A stretch of 64,000 nt of DNA from positions 8,990,001-9,054,000 of the forward strand of contig CM035352.1 in the NCBI GenBank assembly GCA_020137815.1. Direction: 5' to 3'. The notes under the pieces were generated by a model. The model was not told the origin of the DNA and did no database searches. It worked only from the letters and a program-made list of their open reading frames with translations. Numbering within the stretch: position 1 is the first letter of the stretch; every line of letters starts with the position of its first letter. This document shows positions 13,101-25,500 of this stretch, one piece after another. The translations under genes and the position numbers were made by a program. The DNA is from Hormiphora californensis. Lineage: Eukaryota > Animalia > Ctenophora.

Positions 13101-15470
13101 ACCATGCCAATTGTTTCGCTAATAGTCTATCTTGTTGAGGAACATACTAGGACTAAGAGTTACCGGTAAGTCATGTCGTGAATGTTCTCATCAGCTTTTT
13201 CATAGTGAGATTTACAGCTTTCGACTTGCTTTTTTTCTTTCTTTTCTAGACAAAGCTAGTAAGAGAGGAACTGGAGGTGGGAAACCAGTGAAGATGAAAC
13301 TTTTTCCAATAAATACTAATTATACATAAAGGGTACTGATAATAATAATAAAGAATGAATTAAAGATACTTATTGGACTGATGATGAAACTTGGTTCAAT
13401 ACTAGAATCATTATACACGGAATTATGGGTGGCGAACCAAGAGCCGGCGGGGCAGAAGGAATGGATGATGTTCCGCACGGGGATGTGATGAACCAGAATG
13501 GACTTGTACAAGGTGGGCCACGGATTGTTGGTAAGGGTTAGCGAGGTGTGCCGCCAAAACGGTGATAGTTGTGAAAATAAAAATTACGGGAGCACTCTGG
13601 ATCAATTTCTTGGTAACTTTTTCCATAATTTTTTGTCAAAAATTCGAAAATTCATTTTTCATTCCTTCATTCATTTGTCGTTCATTTATGATGTGAGCAT
13701 CCTAATTTTCCATCATTATGTTATTTTTCTTTGGCTTGAATTTATCTTTCCAATGAACACCATAAAAATGAAATTGAAGCTCCAGGTCACGTTGCAGTTG
13801 AGAAAATGCTCATGCATGATTTTGGCTCTTCCTGCGACTTTCAATGAGCTGTATCACGGCTCCCTTTTGTTCAATCTTTTTAAAAATTTGGGTGAACATT
13901 GGATAAACAAAGATCTTTGCTCACAAGAAAAATCAAGGTTGAAACTCAAAGTTCATTTTTCATTTTTGGTAGTTCATTCCACTCATTCAGGAACCAACAT
14001 CTCAAAAGTGATGAAAATTTTTGGCTTTTGTTTGGCCCATGCTCTGCCATGTCTGAGAGGTGTAGTAGCGTGTTTCCGGGCTAGTTTGTGGGTGTCCATG
14101 TGATCATGATGATACCTGACACCTTCTTTGGGCCATAATTAAGAGATTTTCTCAAATTCAAGCATGTGATTTGGGTTTACTGTGATTGATATCGTGTAAC
14201 AATGTTATGAGATCCAATAGCACCCCTAAAATAATTATTGATTCAACAAAATGGGTTGATTTATGATTGAAAAGATTTAAACCGATGACAAATTCAACTA
14301 AACGAACAATTTCAATCATAAATTAACCCATTTCATTGAACTAATCATCATTTTTGAGGTGCTATGGGATCTCATAACATTTTTACACGATATCAATCAC
14401 AGAAAACCCAAATCACATGCTTGAATTTGAGAAAATCTCTTAATTATGGCCCAAAGAAGGTGTCAGGTATCATCATGATCACATGGACACCCACAAACTA
14501 GCCCGGAAACACGCTACTACACCTCTCAGACATGGCAGAGCATGGGCCAAACAAAAGCCAAAAATTTTCATCACTTTTGAGATGTTGGTTCCTGAATGAG
14601 TGGAATGAACTACCAAAAATGAAAAATGAACTTTGAGTTTCAACCTTAATTTTTCTTGTGAGCAAAGATCTTTGTTTATCCAATGTTCACCCAAATTTTT
14701 AAAAAGATTGAACAAAAGGGAGCCGTGATACAGCTCATTGAAAGTCGCAGGAAGAGCCAAAATCATGCATGAGCATTTTCTCAACTGCAACGTGACCTGG
14801 AGCTTCAATTTCATTTTCATGGTGTTCATTGGAAAGATAAATTCAAGCCAAAGAAAAATAACATAATGATGGAAAATTAGGATGCTCACATCATAAATGA
14901 ACGACAAATGAATGAAGGAATGAAAAATGAATTTTCGAATTTTTGACAAAAAATTATGGAAAAAGTTACCAAGAAATTGATCCAGAGTGCTCCCGTAATT
15001 TTTATTTTCACAACTATCACCGTTTTGGCGGCACACCTCGCTAACCCTTACCAACAATCCGTGGCCCACCTTGTAGAGGCAACAGGAGATGTATTCGGAG
15101 AAAATGAGGGTGACATATTATATAAATAATTTGAATTAAAGATATTAAAGGTATGTTTCCAAGCAGCACTAACGCCCCGGGCTACTTGATAATAATGGAA
15201 CGTCTCAGCAACCTTCTATATAAAGGAGGAGGACCTGTGCGAGCTTTTAAAGTGTCCCGTTTGTATGGTGAGACCCCACTTAATGAAGGTGGTTTGGATA
15301 GGGCGGTTGCGGTCCTTTGGACCAGGGAGTTGGCGAGAGCGGAAGGACGAGGATTTAACATCTACTACTCACCTACTTAGTACCTACATCAAGTTCCTAA
15401 AAAAATTTAAAAGGAAGAAGGGCAGGAGAGCATCATTCTTTGGGCTGATAATTGCACAGCACAAACCTTT
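10120..15470 (+). pseudogene. Four degenerate copies of a DDE transposase fragment (Sola-like, WADNC..QN / FEPGH motifs)
   Basis: Related blocks start near 10143, 11037, 12575 and 15149. Piecewise translation gives AVLW..GRKDEDITS..IKFLKK..IILWADNCTAQNWTLFSTL..YFEPGH, with many frameshifts. The superfamily call is from recalled motif similarity only. Confidence 0.55.
13509..15073. mobile_element. Palindromic (foldback) MITE with TA TSD and Tc1/mariner-like CAAGGTG ends
   Basis: The arms 13509-14200 and 14400-15073 are near-perfect reverse complements. The empty site GGACTTGTAGAGGCAACAGG is seen at about 12490. Confidence 0.88.
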
Positions 15471-16455
15471 GTGAAATAATTATTATCGTTATTGTGTATT
15501 TATAAATCTCAAACTGTTATTCCTCCAGGAAACAAATCCTTTTACGGTGAACGGGGAAAGACAGCAACTGAAAAGGATGAAATATAGATTACCCTTATTA
15601 TAGATGGCATAGCAAGTCTAATGCCATTAATATGACACTTCTATAAGGATGAGAATAACCGAACTCCCTGCACGGCAGTGGAGGGAGCAGCTGATTGAGG
15701 GGGTCGACCTGATAAATTTGGTTGTCAATCCGAATAGTAACCCGGGGGCGGATGGTACTTGGAGAGGAATAGCATGTGGTCGAATGCGGAGGGGATTGAC
15801 GATGGAGTTCGGGGGGGGGGGGGGGGGGGGGGTGGGTGGAGTTCGATGTCCTCACAATGCTCAACCTGGGGTCAACTGTTCCAAAGCGACATTCCTAGCA
15901 CATCTACCCAATCCAATGATTTATGCTGTATAATTTATTACATATTATGGACAGGGGTGATTGATGCTAAAATCGCCATGGAAATCGCAGAAGTACTTTC
16001 GGATAGTGGAACTCATGGACAGAAAGGAAAGAGCGCAGAAAGGAGAGGGCGCAGGTAAATGGAACGGGGGAGGTACACATACTAGCGGCTCGGTTTTGTT
16101 TTGTCCGTAGTACTCGTGTACTTTATATATTAATAACCTTTATACAATCTTTATACTTATCTTTATACTTTTTTATTTTCCTCTATCTTCATTAACCCCA
16201 TAGTGAATTGAATGACTCCCCTGCCTGAGATGCAAAGTGGAAGAACATGACACTGCAAACTCTGACGTGAGTACTGGAAAGGGTTGGTGTTGGCTATGTG
16301 AGGCATGTTATGGTCTTGTTGAGGGTGGTATTGAGGGTGATATTGCGAAAAGGAAAGTACGCAGGAGCCTTGTACTATGCATTAAGATCTAGATGTATTT
16401 CACTCGCTTACATACACATGCATCTACCTTCTCACTAATCACTATCCCTTTTCAG

Positions 16456-16700
16456 GTATTTGTCGGCCCGACTTGAGTTTTATGTTTGCACATGTTGGGT
16501 CGCCTGGTAGCCGCGGAGATAAGGCAGTGTTCAACAAAACAGGACTAGCCCCCTATCTGGAGAAGAACCTGCCGTATGCCTGGCATATTGTAGGAGACTC
16601 CGCCTTTCCACTACGGGAGTGGTTACAGATCCCGTACGAACATTCCTTGACTCTTGAATCTGACAAGCGTCTTTTTAATCACAGACTGTCATGTACGAGA
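16456..16700 (+). pseudogene. PIF/Harbinger (HARBI1-like, DDE_Tnp_4) transposase fragment
   Basis: FMFAHVGSPGSRGDKAVF...HIVGDSAFPLREWLQIPY...FNHRLSCTR matches the characteristic Harbinger GDS(A)YPL and FN.RLS motifs. Truncated. Confidence 0.8.
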
Positions 16701-17823
16701 ATTAATAAAAGATTAAGAAAGCATTATCTTTGCCGCACTGCACTGCAAAATACTCGAATATATTTTAATGAATGTGTGGATATCCCACTCCACAAGCAAC
16801 AAGGTGGTTACCGTTGTGGCGAGGAAGAGCCAACCGAACATGTGAAAATAACAATGGAAGAACCTTAAACAATAGGAAACTAGACAATATTTTATTTGAC
16901 ACCTAGCAACTATAAAAACCGCTTCCCTTCATCTTGCTATATAACGAGCGGTCTGACATTGAGGAATTCGCTGCTGACATTCTTCGATGTCATCGATGAT
17001 GAGTTTTTCGATGAAAATTGTACTGACATTCTAACCCAAAAGAACGAACAAAGAAATATAGGAATTAGGATAGTCATGTGATAAATGTTTATATCATAAA
17101 TGCATCCAGACTAATTAATCTAATTGAATCCAAGCTCACCCTCAAGACGAGTTCTTGGGAACAAAGGAAGGTTCATTGAGCTTCTTAGCAAATAATTAAC
17201 TGATGAAATCGGTAAACATTACATACAGTGCGAGAGGGATGCAGATGATTTGCCGATGATATCGTCGATAAGGCAGATTTGAGTGCGGTGTTCTCGGGGA
17301 AGATACTGATAAATTATACATTGCTTTCTTTAGTCACATTCCCGAGTGTTTCCCTATCTCAGACCTGGGGGAACTCAGATTATATTAGATAGACATAAAC
17401 ATTATAATAGAGATTTCCGAGTGTTTCCCTATCTGGGGGAACTAAGATTATATAGAACTGCTATTTCTTCCTCCAGAGACCGTTAGACTTGTTCAGAGAA
17501 GATACAAAACAGAGGCTTCCACGTATCATATAGTGGAGGCTGCTCCTTTGCCAGAAATTCAATCGCAGATGTAAAAACAGCCTCAAGAGCATTTTCATAT
17601 GTCGTATGTGATAGTTGGAGGGGATGAGCTTACGATTAACCAAACGAAGCTATACCAGCGACGACTCCGGCAGACAACGAAAAAGATTGAAACACAATAC
17701 AGCCCTTTTCATTGTTTGATGAAAATTACTCAGGTTTATTTGGGGACCATTTCATAAAACATTTGGAACGTACGGACAAGAACTAACACAGACGAGGTTA
17801 GAAGAACTAAGTCATACTCCACG

Positions 17824-18249
17824 ATGGCAATCTCCTTCAGGAGTGTGAACACAGAAGACAACACCAGAGGTCCTCCTAAATCCCCCAGGCCAACCAACAC
17901 TGGAAGCAGCTTCCCACAAGCACAGGGTGCACCGATCCAACCACACACAGGCAGAGTGGTGAAGAAGGAGAAGAAAGAGAAGAAAGAGGAGACGGAGGAG
18001 GGATTCGAGGGATTGTTGGAGGAGGACGTAGAGTAGGAAGAGGGGGCAGCGGTAGCGTGGGTCAAGGAACAATTCGCAAAGTTCGGGAGTTTGATTGTTA
18101 TGTTTTTGATTTTATGTGTTATTGGTATTCTTATGGTCTGCTGCCTCTCAGCCTGCTGCAAGGCGGGCTGCAGTTCCTGTTGGAGCTGCATCTGGTCAGC
18201 CTTCAACAACGTCGTGGATAGCTGTACAATTCATATAAATTTGCAATAG
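17824..18249 (+). pseudogene. Small single-pass membrane protein ORF with Cys-rich tail, interrupted by one in-frame TAG
   Basis: The 70-aa ORF continues in frame past TAG (18034-18036) into EEGAAVAWVKEQFAKFGSLIVMFLILCVIGILMVCCLSACCKAGCSSCWSCIWSAF. Confidence 0.4.
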
Positions 18250-19100
18250 TAAATATCGGTTTCTTTATTATTATGTTCTAACCGAGAGCGCACAGAAAGA
18301 GGGTCGAATAAAGCGGAAAACGGTGTCCATAAAACATTTGGAACGTATGGAGATAAACAAGAACTAACACAGACGAGATTAGAAGTACTCAGCATAGGCT
18401 CAAATATTGAGAGAGGATTGAACTATATTTTTATGGTTTCATTCTGTATTGTATTGTTTGGGCAGTTTCTAGTGTGTCACGGCTATTTTCATGCGGCTGC
18501 AAAAGGGCATGTAAAATTAAAAAGAGAAATACTGATCGAACTTCAGAAGAAAATCGACTTTACATAAAAATCAATGATGAGTTGTTTGATGAAAATTGTA
18601 CTGACATTCTAACCTTAGCTAACCCCACATTGTCCTGAGTGCGCGGTAGAGCTACCTCTATCTATGATGGAGGGGCACCTCACGGCCTTCCATAACGCAC
18701 TGAAGGTCCCAGTTCTGGTTACCATGTTACACCGGGATAACCGCGGAATTGGCCTGGTGATTCTGGGGCGGGATCTTTATCTTTATCTTTATTTGTATCT
18801 TTATCGGAAATTATTATGTTTTAACCGAGAGTACACGGAAAGAGGGTCGAGTAAAACGGTGTCCACAAAACATTTGGAACGTACGGAGATAAACAAGAAC
18901 ACAATCAAATGATTCAGCAAATGATTCAGACAAGGTTAGAAGAACGATATGGGGTAAAAAAGACCTAAGATTGTCTATCTTAAAAAATATCTTACATCAA
19001 TTAACAATTATAAAATCTAGAAATGAAGACATGGAAAGCCTGCAAGTGCGTTATTGGGAGTTGTACATCTGGCTGCATGAAGCGGATACAAGAAGAACAT

Positions 19101-20320
19101 GACGCTGTGAGGGTTCATGTACCTTGACGCTGTGAGGGTTCATGTACCTTGACGCTGTGAGGGTTCATGTACCTTGACGCTGTGAGGGTTCATGTACCTT
19201 GACGCTGTGAGGGTTCATGTACCTTGACGCTGTGAGGGTTCATGTACCTTGACGCTGTGAGGGTTCATGTACCTTGACGCTGTGAGGGTTCATGTACCTT
19301 GACGCTGTGAGGGTTCATGTACCTTGACGCTGTGAGGGTTCATGTACCTTGACGCTGTGAGGGTTCATGTACCTTGACGCTGTGAGTGTTCATGTACCTT
19401 GACGCTGTGAGGGTTCATGTACCTTGACGCTGTGAGGGTTCATGTACCTTGACGCTGTGAGGGTTCATGTACCTTGACGCTGTGAGGGTTCATGTACCTT
19501 GACGCTGTGAGGGTTCATGTACCTTGACGCTGTGAGGGTTCATGTACCTTGACGCTGTGAGGGTTCATGTACCTTGACGCTGTGAGGGTTCATGTACCTT
19601 GACGCTGTGAGGGTTCATGTACCTTGACGCTGTGAGTGTTCATGTACCTTGACGCTGTGAGGGTTCATGTACCTTGACGCTGTGAGTGTTCATGTACCTT
19701 GACGCTGTGAGGGTTCATGTACCTTGACGCTGTGAGGGTTCATGTACCTTGACGCTGTGAGTGTTCATGTACCTTGACGCTGTGAGGGTTCATGTACCTT
19801 GACGCTGTGAGGGTTCATGTACCTTGACGCTGTGAGGGTTCATGTACCTTGACGCTGTGAGGGTTCATGTACCTTGACGCTGTGAGGGTTCATGTACCTT
19901 GACGCTGTGAGGGTTCATGTACCTTGACGCTGTGAGGGTTCATGTACCTTGACGCTGTGAGTGTTCATGTACCTTGACGCTGTGAGGGTTCATGTACCTT
20001 GACGCTGTGAGTGTTCATGTACCTTGACGCTGTGAGGGTTCATGTACCTTGACGCTGTGAGGGTTCATGTACCTTGACGCTGTGAGGGTTCATGTACCTT
20101 GACGCTGTGAGGGTTCATGTACCTTGACGCTGTGAGGGTTCATGTACCTTGACGCTGTGAGTGTTCATGTACCTTGACGCTGTGAGGGTTCATGTACCTT
20201 GACGCTGTGAGGGTTCATGTACCTTGACGCTGTGAGGGTTCATGTACCTTGACGCTGTGAGGGTTCATGTACCTTGACGCTGTGAGGGTTCATGTACCTT
20301 GACGCTGTGAGGGTTCATGT
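19101..20320. repeat. 25-bp tandem array (about 49 copies) beginning at the stop codon of the Rdx-like gene
   Basis: Unit GACGCTGTGAG(G/T)GTTCATGTACCTT, nearly homogeneous. Confidence 0.97.
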
Positions 20321-20664
20321 GACGTGATAAAGCTTTTCCTGCCGAGGGGGGGGGGGGTCGTCTTGTTGATATTGTTAACAATGGTAACCATTAATATGAA
20401 GACTCCCCCTCCCCCGTACCATATCATTAAATGAATTCAATCAACATCAATATGAATTCAATTTAATTTCATACCAGAAAATATTTATTTTACTAAAATT
20501 ATAAAATAGGCAGTGGTTCTGAACAAATGACGGAAAATGCACAAAGAAGGGAGCAACACAGATTGACACACAGTGAGTAATCACAGCAATATAAAGGGAA
20601 GGGCGGTAAAACGGCGGCAAAACGGTAATGAAAGAAATGAGATGTGTGCCCCCCCCCCTCTCTC

Positions 20665-20709
<45 letters not shown>

Positions 20710-22153
20710 CTCCATCTCATATTTCATCGAATTATCTTACTAGACTAATTAGATTTTAGAATTAACAGTCACCTGATACCTCTATATTTCAACACAGCGG
20801 TGTCGTGGCGGTCTTGAAGTCGTTACACTCATCGTTCTACCGACTGAATGTGTGAAGAGGAATAAATAATAAATAATAAGGCACTCGTCTTAAAACATGT
20901 GACAAAAGAAACCAAACAACCACACAGAATAGGAATAGAATTTTTTTTTTAAGAATAGGAATAGAACAAGTTTGAACGTGCCCGCAGACACTAAACGCGC
21001 GCCGCGCTAGACCGCTAACCAATGTGTCTCGGCGCGTTACGACTATGTGGTCGAATAACATAGCCCCTAAAATGTGGCAAAAATTGTTGTCACAAATATA
21101 TCATTAGTTATATCATTATTTATTAGGATTTCAGAACTAGCTATTTCATCGAATTATCTTACTAGACTAATTAGATTTTAGAATTAACAGTCACCTGATA
21201 CCTATATATTTCAACACAGCGGCGTCGTGGCGGTCTTGAAGTCGTTACACTCATCGTTCTACCGACTGAATGTGTGAAGAGGAATAAATAATAAGGCACT
21301 CGTCTTGAAACATGTGACAAAAGAAACCAAACCACCGCACAGAATAGCACAAGTTTGAACGTGCCCGCAGACACCAAACGCGCGCCGCGCTAGACCGCTA
21401 ACCAATGTGTCTTGGCGCGTTACGACTATGCGGTCGAATAACATAGCCCCTAAAATGTGGCACAAATCGTTGTCACAAATATATATCATTATTTATTCGG
21501 ATTTCAGAACTAGCTATGTCAATTAACACGAACCTGAACTATGTCATTAAAGATGGTGTGTGCTGATTTTTCAATATCCGATGTTGCCAAAGCAGAGGGG
21601 AAGGTTTTCGACTGGCGATCATTTGACACTGTTACAACTGATACCTCGTCTGAACACTGAACCTAGGGGCAGAACAAAATTAGGGTAAAGAGATTTACCA
21701 AATGGTAGTATGTATTTGTTAATACTAAGGGAGTACAACAATTAGTGTAACTACCAAGGTAATGAACTATGTAGTTTAAAACAACCAACTGTGTTGGACA
21801 CCTACCTCAAAAGAGGACGTATTGTCAGCATCAGGTATAACACTAATATTCCCCATTCCATCCTCTTTAACTACCACTCCCTCTGCTAGATGAAGATATA
21901 ACAGGGCCCGTATTGCCTCACATTCTGTACAGTTAGGTATCTTTACCACCCATCTGTCATATTGCTGTATCGAACTGGTCCTGTATCTAGTTACCATGGC
22001 AACCATGGCAACTCCTATCACTCCTGTTACCATGGTAACCATAGTACGCCACCAGTGATCCTTTTTGTGGCCAGATATGTTGGAGGTGGGTCGATGGAAG
22101 ATACGCTGATTTGGTTTCACAGATCTCATTGCCACAATAACTCGTCTAAACAT
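20315..22153 (-). CDS. About 166-aa protein with N-terminal basic leader, TM segment and Rdx/SelW-like CxxC domain
   Basis: Three in-phase GT-AG exons: 22153-21806, 21662-21534, 20338-20315. Motifs CTEC...SSFEV...KTFP resemble the Rdx-family CxxC, GxFEV and FP motifs. Confidence 0.55.
20720..21515. repeat. Diverged direct tandem duplication (about 400-bp units) in an intron
   Basis: ATTTCATCGAATTATCTTACTAGACTAATTAG... at about 20721 and about 21144, both ending ...TTCAGAACTAGCTAT. Confidence 0.85.
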
Positions 22154-22531
22154 TGCCCTATTAAAAAGGTGGTTTGGAGAGAGAGGGTCGGGGAATAGGG
22201 GCTGGTTAGTTGTTGGGGGGGGGGGGGGGGGGGGTTACCATGGTAACTATCATTAATAGAGCCGAGCTGATTGTTTAGAAAATAATATACGCAAAACAAA
22301 ATACAAAATCAATAACACACTTTACATACCAGATACTACCCAAATACGTTCTTGGAATGTCCTTTTATTTCCAAAATTACCTCTAGACTGACAAACGTGT
22401 AAACACACCAAAAAGTTCCAGCTTCCACTCTCCAACACTCTATGGCCTCCAAATTACCCGGGTATAACCCAATATACTAACTCTCAGTATTTATCCAAAT
22501 TTAATTAACATCCCAGTCCTAGCATACCTAT

Positions 22532-25500
22532 TTAACCGAACCTCAGACTACCGTCTAGTAAGGGTTGACTCCCCTCAAAATCAGCAGATATCTCGGTGTA
22601 TCCTGACCCAGGTGGAGGACGGGGCGAGGCAATACACTCTATGTAGATAATCTCGTTGTATAGTAGGGTTCCGAGAAGGAGCATCGCAAATCCACCCAGC
22701 TGGAGGAATCCGTACCTGGCATGGGGGGGGGAGTTACCATGGTTACTGGGGGATTTACCATGGATACTGGGCCGGGGGAGTTACCATGGATACTAGATGG
22801 GGGAGGGGTAGAGGAATCCGTACCTGGCATGGGGGGGGGTGTACCAAGGTTACAGTTACCATGGCTACTAGATGGGGGGGGGGGGGGGTACCATGGTAAC
22901 TAGATGAGGGGCTAGAGGGGTAGAATCGGAGTATATATGGTAGGGATCTATTTATAAAAGAAAATGGAAAGGGTAAGTGGAGATTGTTTTTTGTCGACTT
23001 CACGTCTCCCTTAATCGTCTAATAAACACAATATGTTTCACATGGTTACCATGGTTACCATGTTTCACTCACGTCATGTCGAAGTTCTCTCCATAGTCTG
23101 TGGTTATGGCGTAGTGGATAAAGAGGTCAATTATCCAGACAAGGATAGTCCTACATGCATCAATCAGCGTCCGGTGAACCGCGGTAAGAGACTGAGGAGA
23201 GAAATAATGGTACAAATTAAAACAGGTTTCGCAACACAAGTTTCCTGCAAAACACCCTTCTCACAGTAACAAGTAACAAGTGTCTGGCTATCTGATCTAC
23301 ATATATATGTATTGTGCACACGAGGGGTGATCAACTATCAAGGCACGTTTTCATTGACTGGTTGGTACCAGAAACTTAAATAACAAAAAGAAAATTACCT
23401 TGGTAACAAATAACCATGGTAACAACTACTGAGTTTTACCTTGGTAACTAATAACCATGGTAACAACTACTGAGTTTTACCTTGGTAACTAATAACCATG
23501 GTAACAACTACTGAGAATTACCTTGGTAACCGTGGTAACAACTACTGAGTTTTACCTTGGTAACCATGGTAACAACTACTGAGTTTTACCTTGGTAACTA
23601 ATAACCATGGTAACAACTACTGAGTTTTACCTTGGTAACCATGGTAACAACTACTGAGTTTTACCTTGGTAACCGTGGTAACAACTACTGAGTTTTACCT
23701 TGGTAACCATGGTAACAACTACTGAGTTTTACCTTGGTAACCATGGTAACAACTACTGAGTTTTACCTTGGTAACTATGATAACTATGGTAACAACTACT
23801 GAGAATTACCTTGGTAACTATGGTAACAACTACTGAGTTTTACCTTGGTTACTATGATAACAACTACTGAGTTTTACCTTGGTAACTGAGAGTCCAAAGA
23901 AATTGTAAAATGCAATGCTAAGTAGATATAGCGCTCCAAATAGTAAGATAGGCCATCTGTTGTACATCTGAGGAAAGAGGGGGTGGTGATTACATATGAT
24001 ATGTCACCAAGATAAGTAGTAATGTAATAACAAAGGATTGAGAACTGGGGGACGAGAGAAATATTAATCAATTATCTAATTATCTAACTAATTACCTGTG
24101 CGACTGCATCAATTAAGAGGGATATCAATTAACTAATTAGTAATTATCTAACTAATTACCTGTGCGACTGCATCAATTGAGTCATCATGCATTGAGCTAA
24201 AGTGTCCGGTCGCAGGCATGAAGTAACAGATGGGTAGGACTAGTAGTGACATGAAAATAACACCAAAACATCCCTCCATACCCACCACCTGAAATAGTGT
24301 TTAGTAATTAGTATAATTAATATTAGTAATTAGTAAACAAATGAGAGGGGGATTAAACAACCCATCATTCCCCTCCCCGGCTCCCCACCGCCTGTGTGGC
24401 ACAGTAATAATTTTTTTGGAAAGCCGGGTTGACCGGTTCAACTTTATATACGAAATAAATCAGGTTACACAATCACTATATACACATTAAGTTGGTCATT
24501 AGGACTATAAAAGTAATAAGTTAGATTATAAGGTTAAAATCATTGTCATAAGAATTAAATCGGGTAAAACAGTTTCCTCTGTACCCCCTTATTGATATCA
24601 GTATAGTCTTCAGCAGACAAAATGAAAGGCGGAGCCGGATATAGCGGATGGAGTCGCTGTAGGTGTGGCCTGTTTTGTTGGATAGAAGGGTGGCAGCCCG
24701 TTTGTAAAAAACTTCCGCCTTAGGACCCATCAGGCCTGTAGTAGAGAACACAAGCGGCATGAAAGTCGCCTTTTCTACCTGTATTACACGGTCGTTATAG
24801 TTCCGGATCTTCTCCTGTTCGTGTCTCCGAAAAGTGTCATCCACGGACTGGCGGTTGTTAGTGGGTGCCAAAGAGTTGAAAACCCTTATATCCGTGTAAA
24901 CCTTGTCAAGCGGGCTCCACACACCTCTGGCCGAGACGTCAAGTCGGGCACTGTTCTCAGTGATTGTTGAACGATAGTTGAACGTCTCGCCGGAGATGGG
25001 AAGGAGCTGAGGCTCGACTTCGACATCCTTACACCCAGCCTCGAGTAGAATATTAGCAGTCAGGTCCCTGATGTTATTGTGGCGCATATACACGTACCCG
25101 CCAAGAGCGCATGATAAGCAATGTTCAAGGGTATTGACCTTTCCACAGGCACAGGACAGGGGAATGTTTTGGAACGGCAGATTGTATCTGAGAAGAAGGG
25201 CGTCATGAAACTGCTGTTTGTTTAGTACAAAACCGTGTTCCTTTAGAGGGAGGGCGGTTAGCCAACTAGAAGCGCCCCGGGAAGAAATTTCATCAAAAAG
25301 TCGTCTCTCGTTTTCAGGTATATTACCGCAGGCACTTTCCTTTTCGGTAGATTGGATCTTACGCTTTTTCTTGACAACGTCGGACTTGGCCTCCTTGGAG
25401 TCGGAGATAAATCTGCCGGCTCGTTCGTCATCAATAGACAAGCGCTGTTCAAGTATCAGTTCCTTCAGAGGAGCAGTGGCCTGGGTAGAGTTGGAGAACT

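Noticed and set aside
13498-15069. 201-aa and 196-aa ORFs on opposite strands
   Set aside because: They are mirror images within the foldback arms, with no recognisable domain.
20315-20317. TGA of the Rdx-like gene as selenocysteine
   Set aside because: It is not in the CxxU position, it is followed directly by the tandem array, and no SECIS was recognised.
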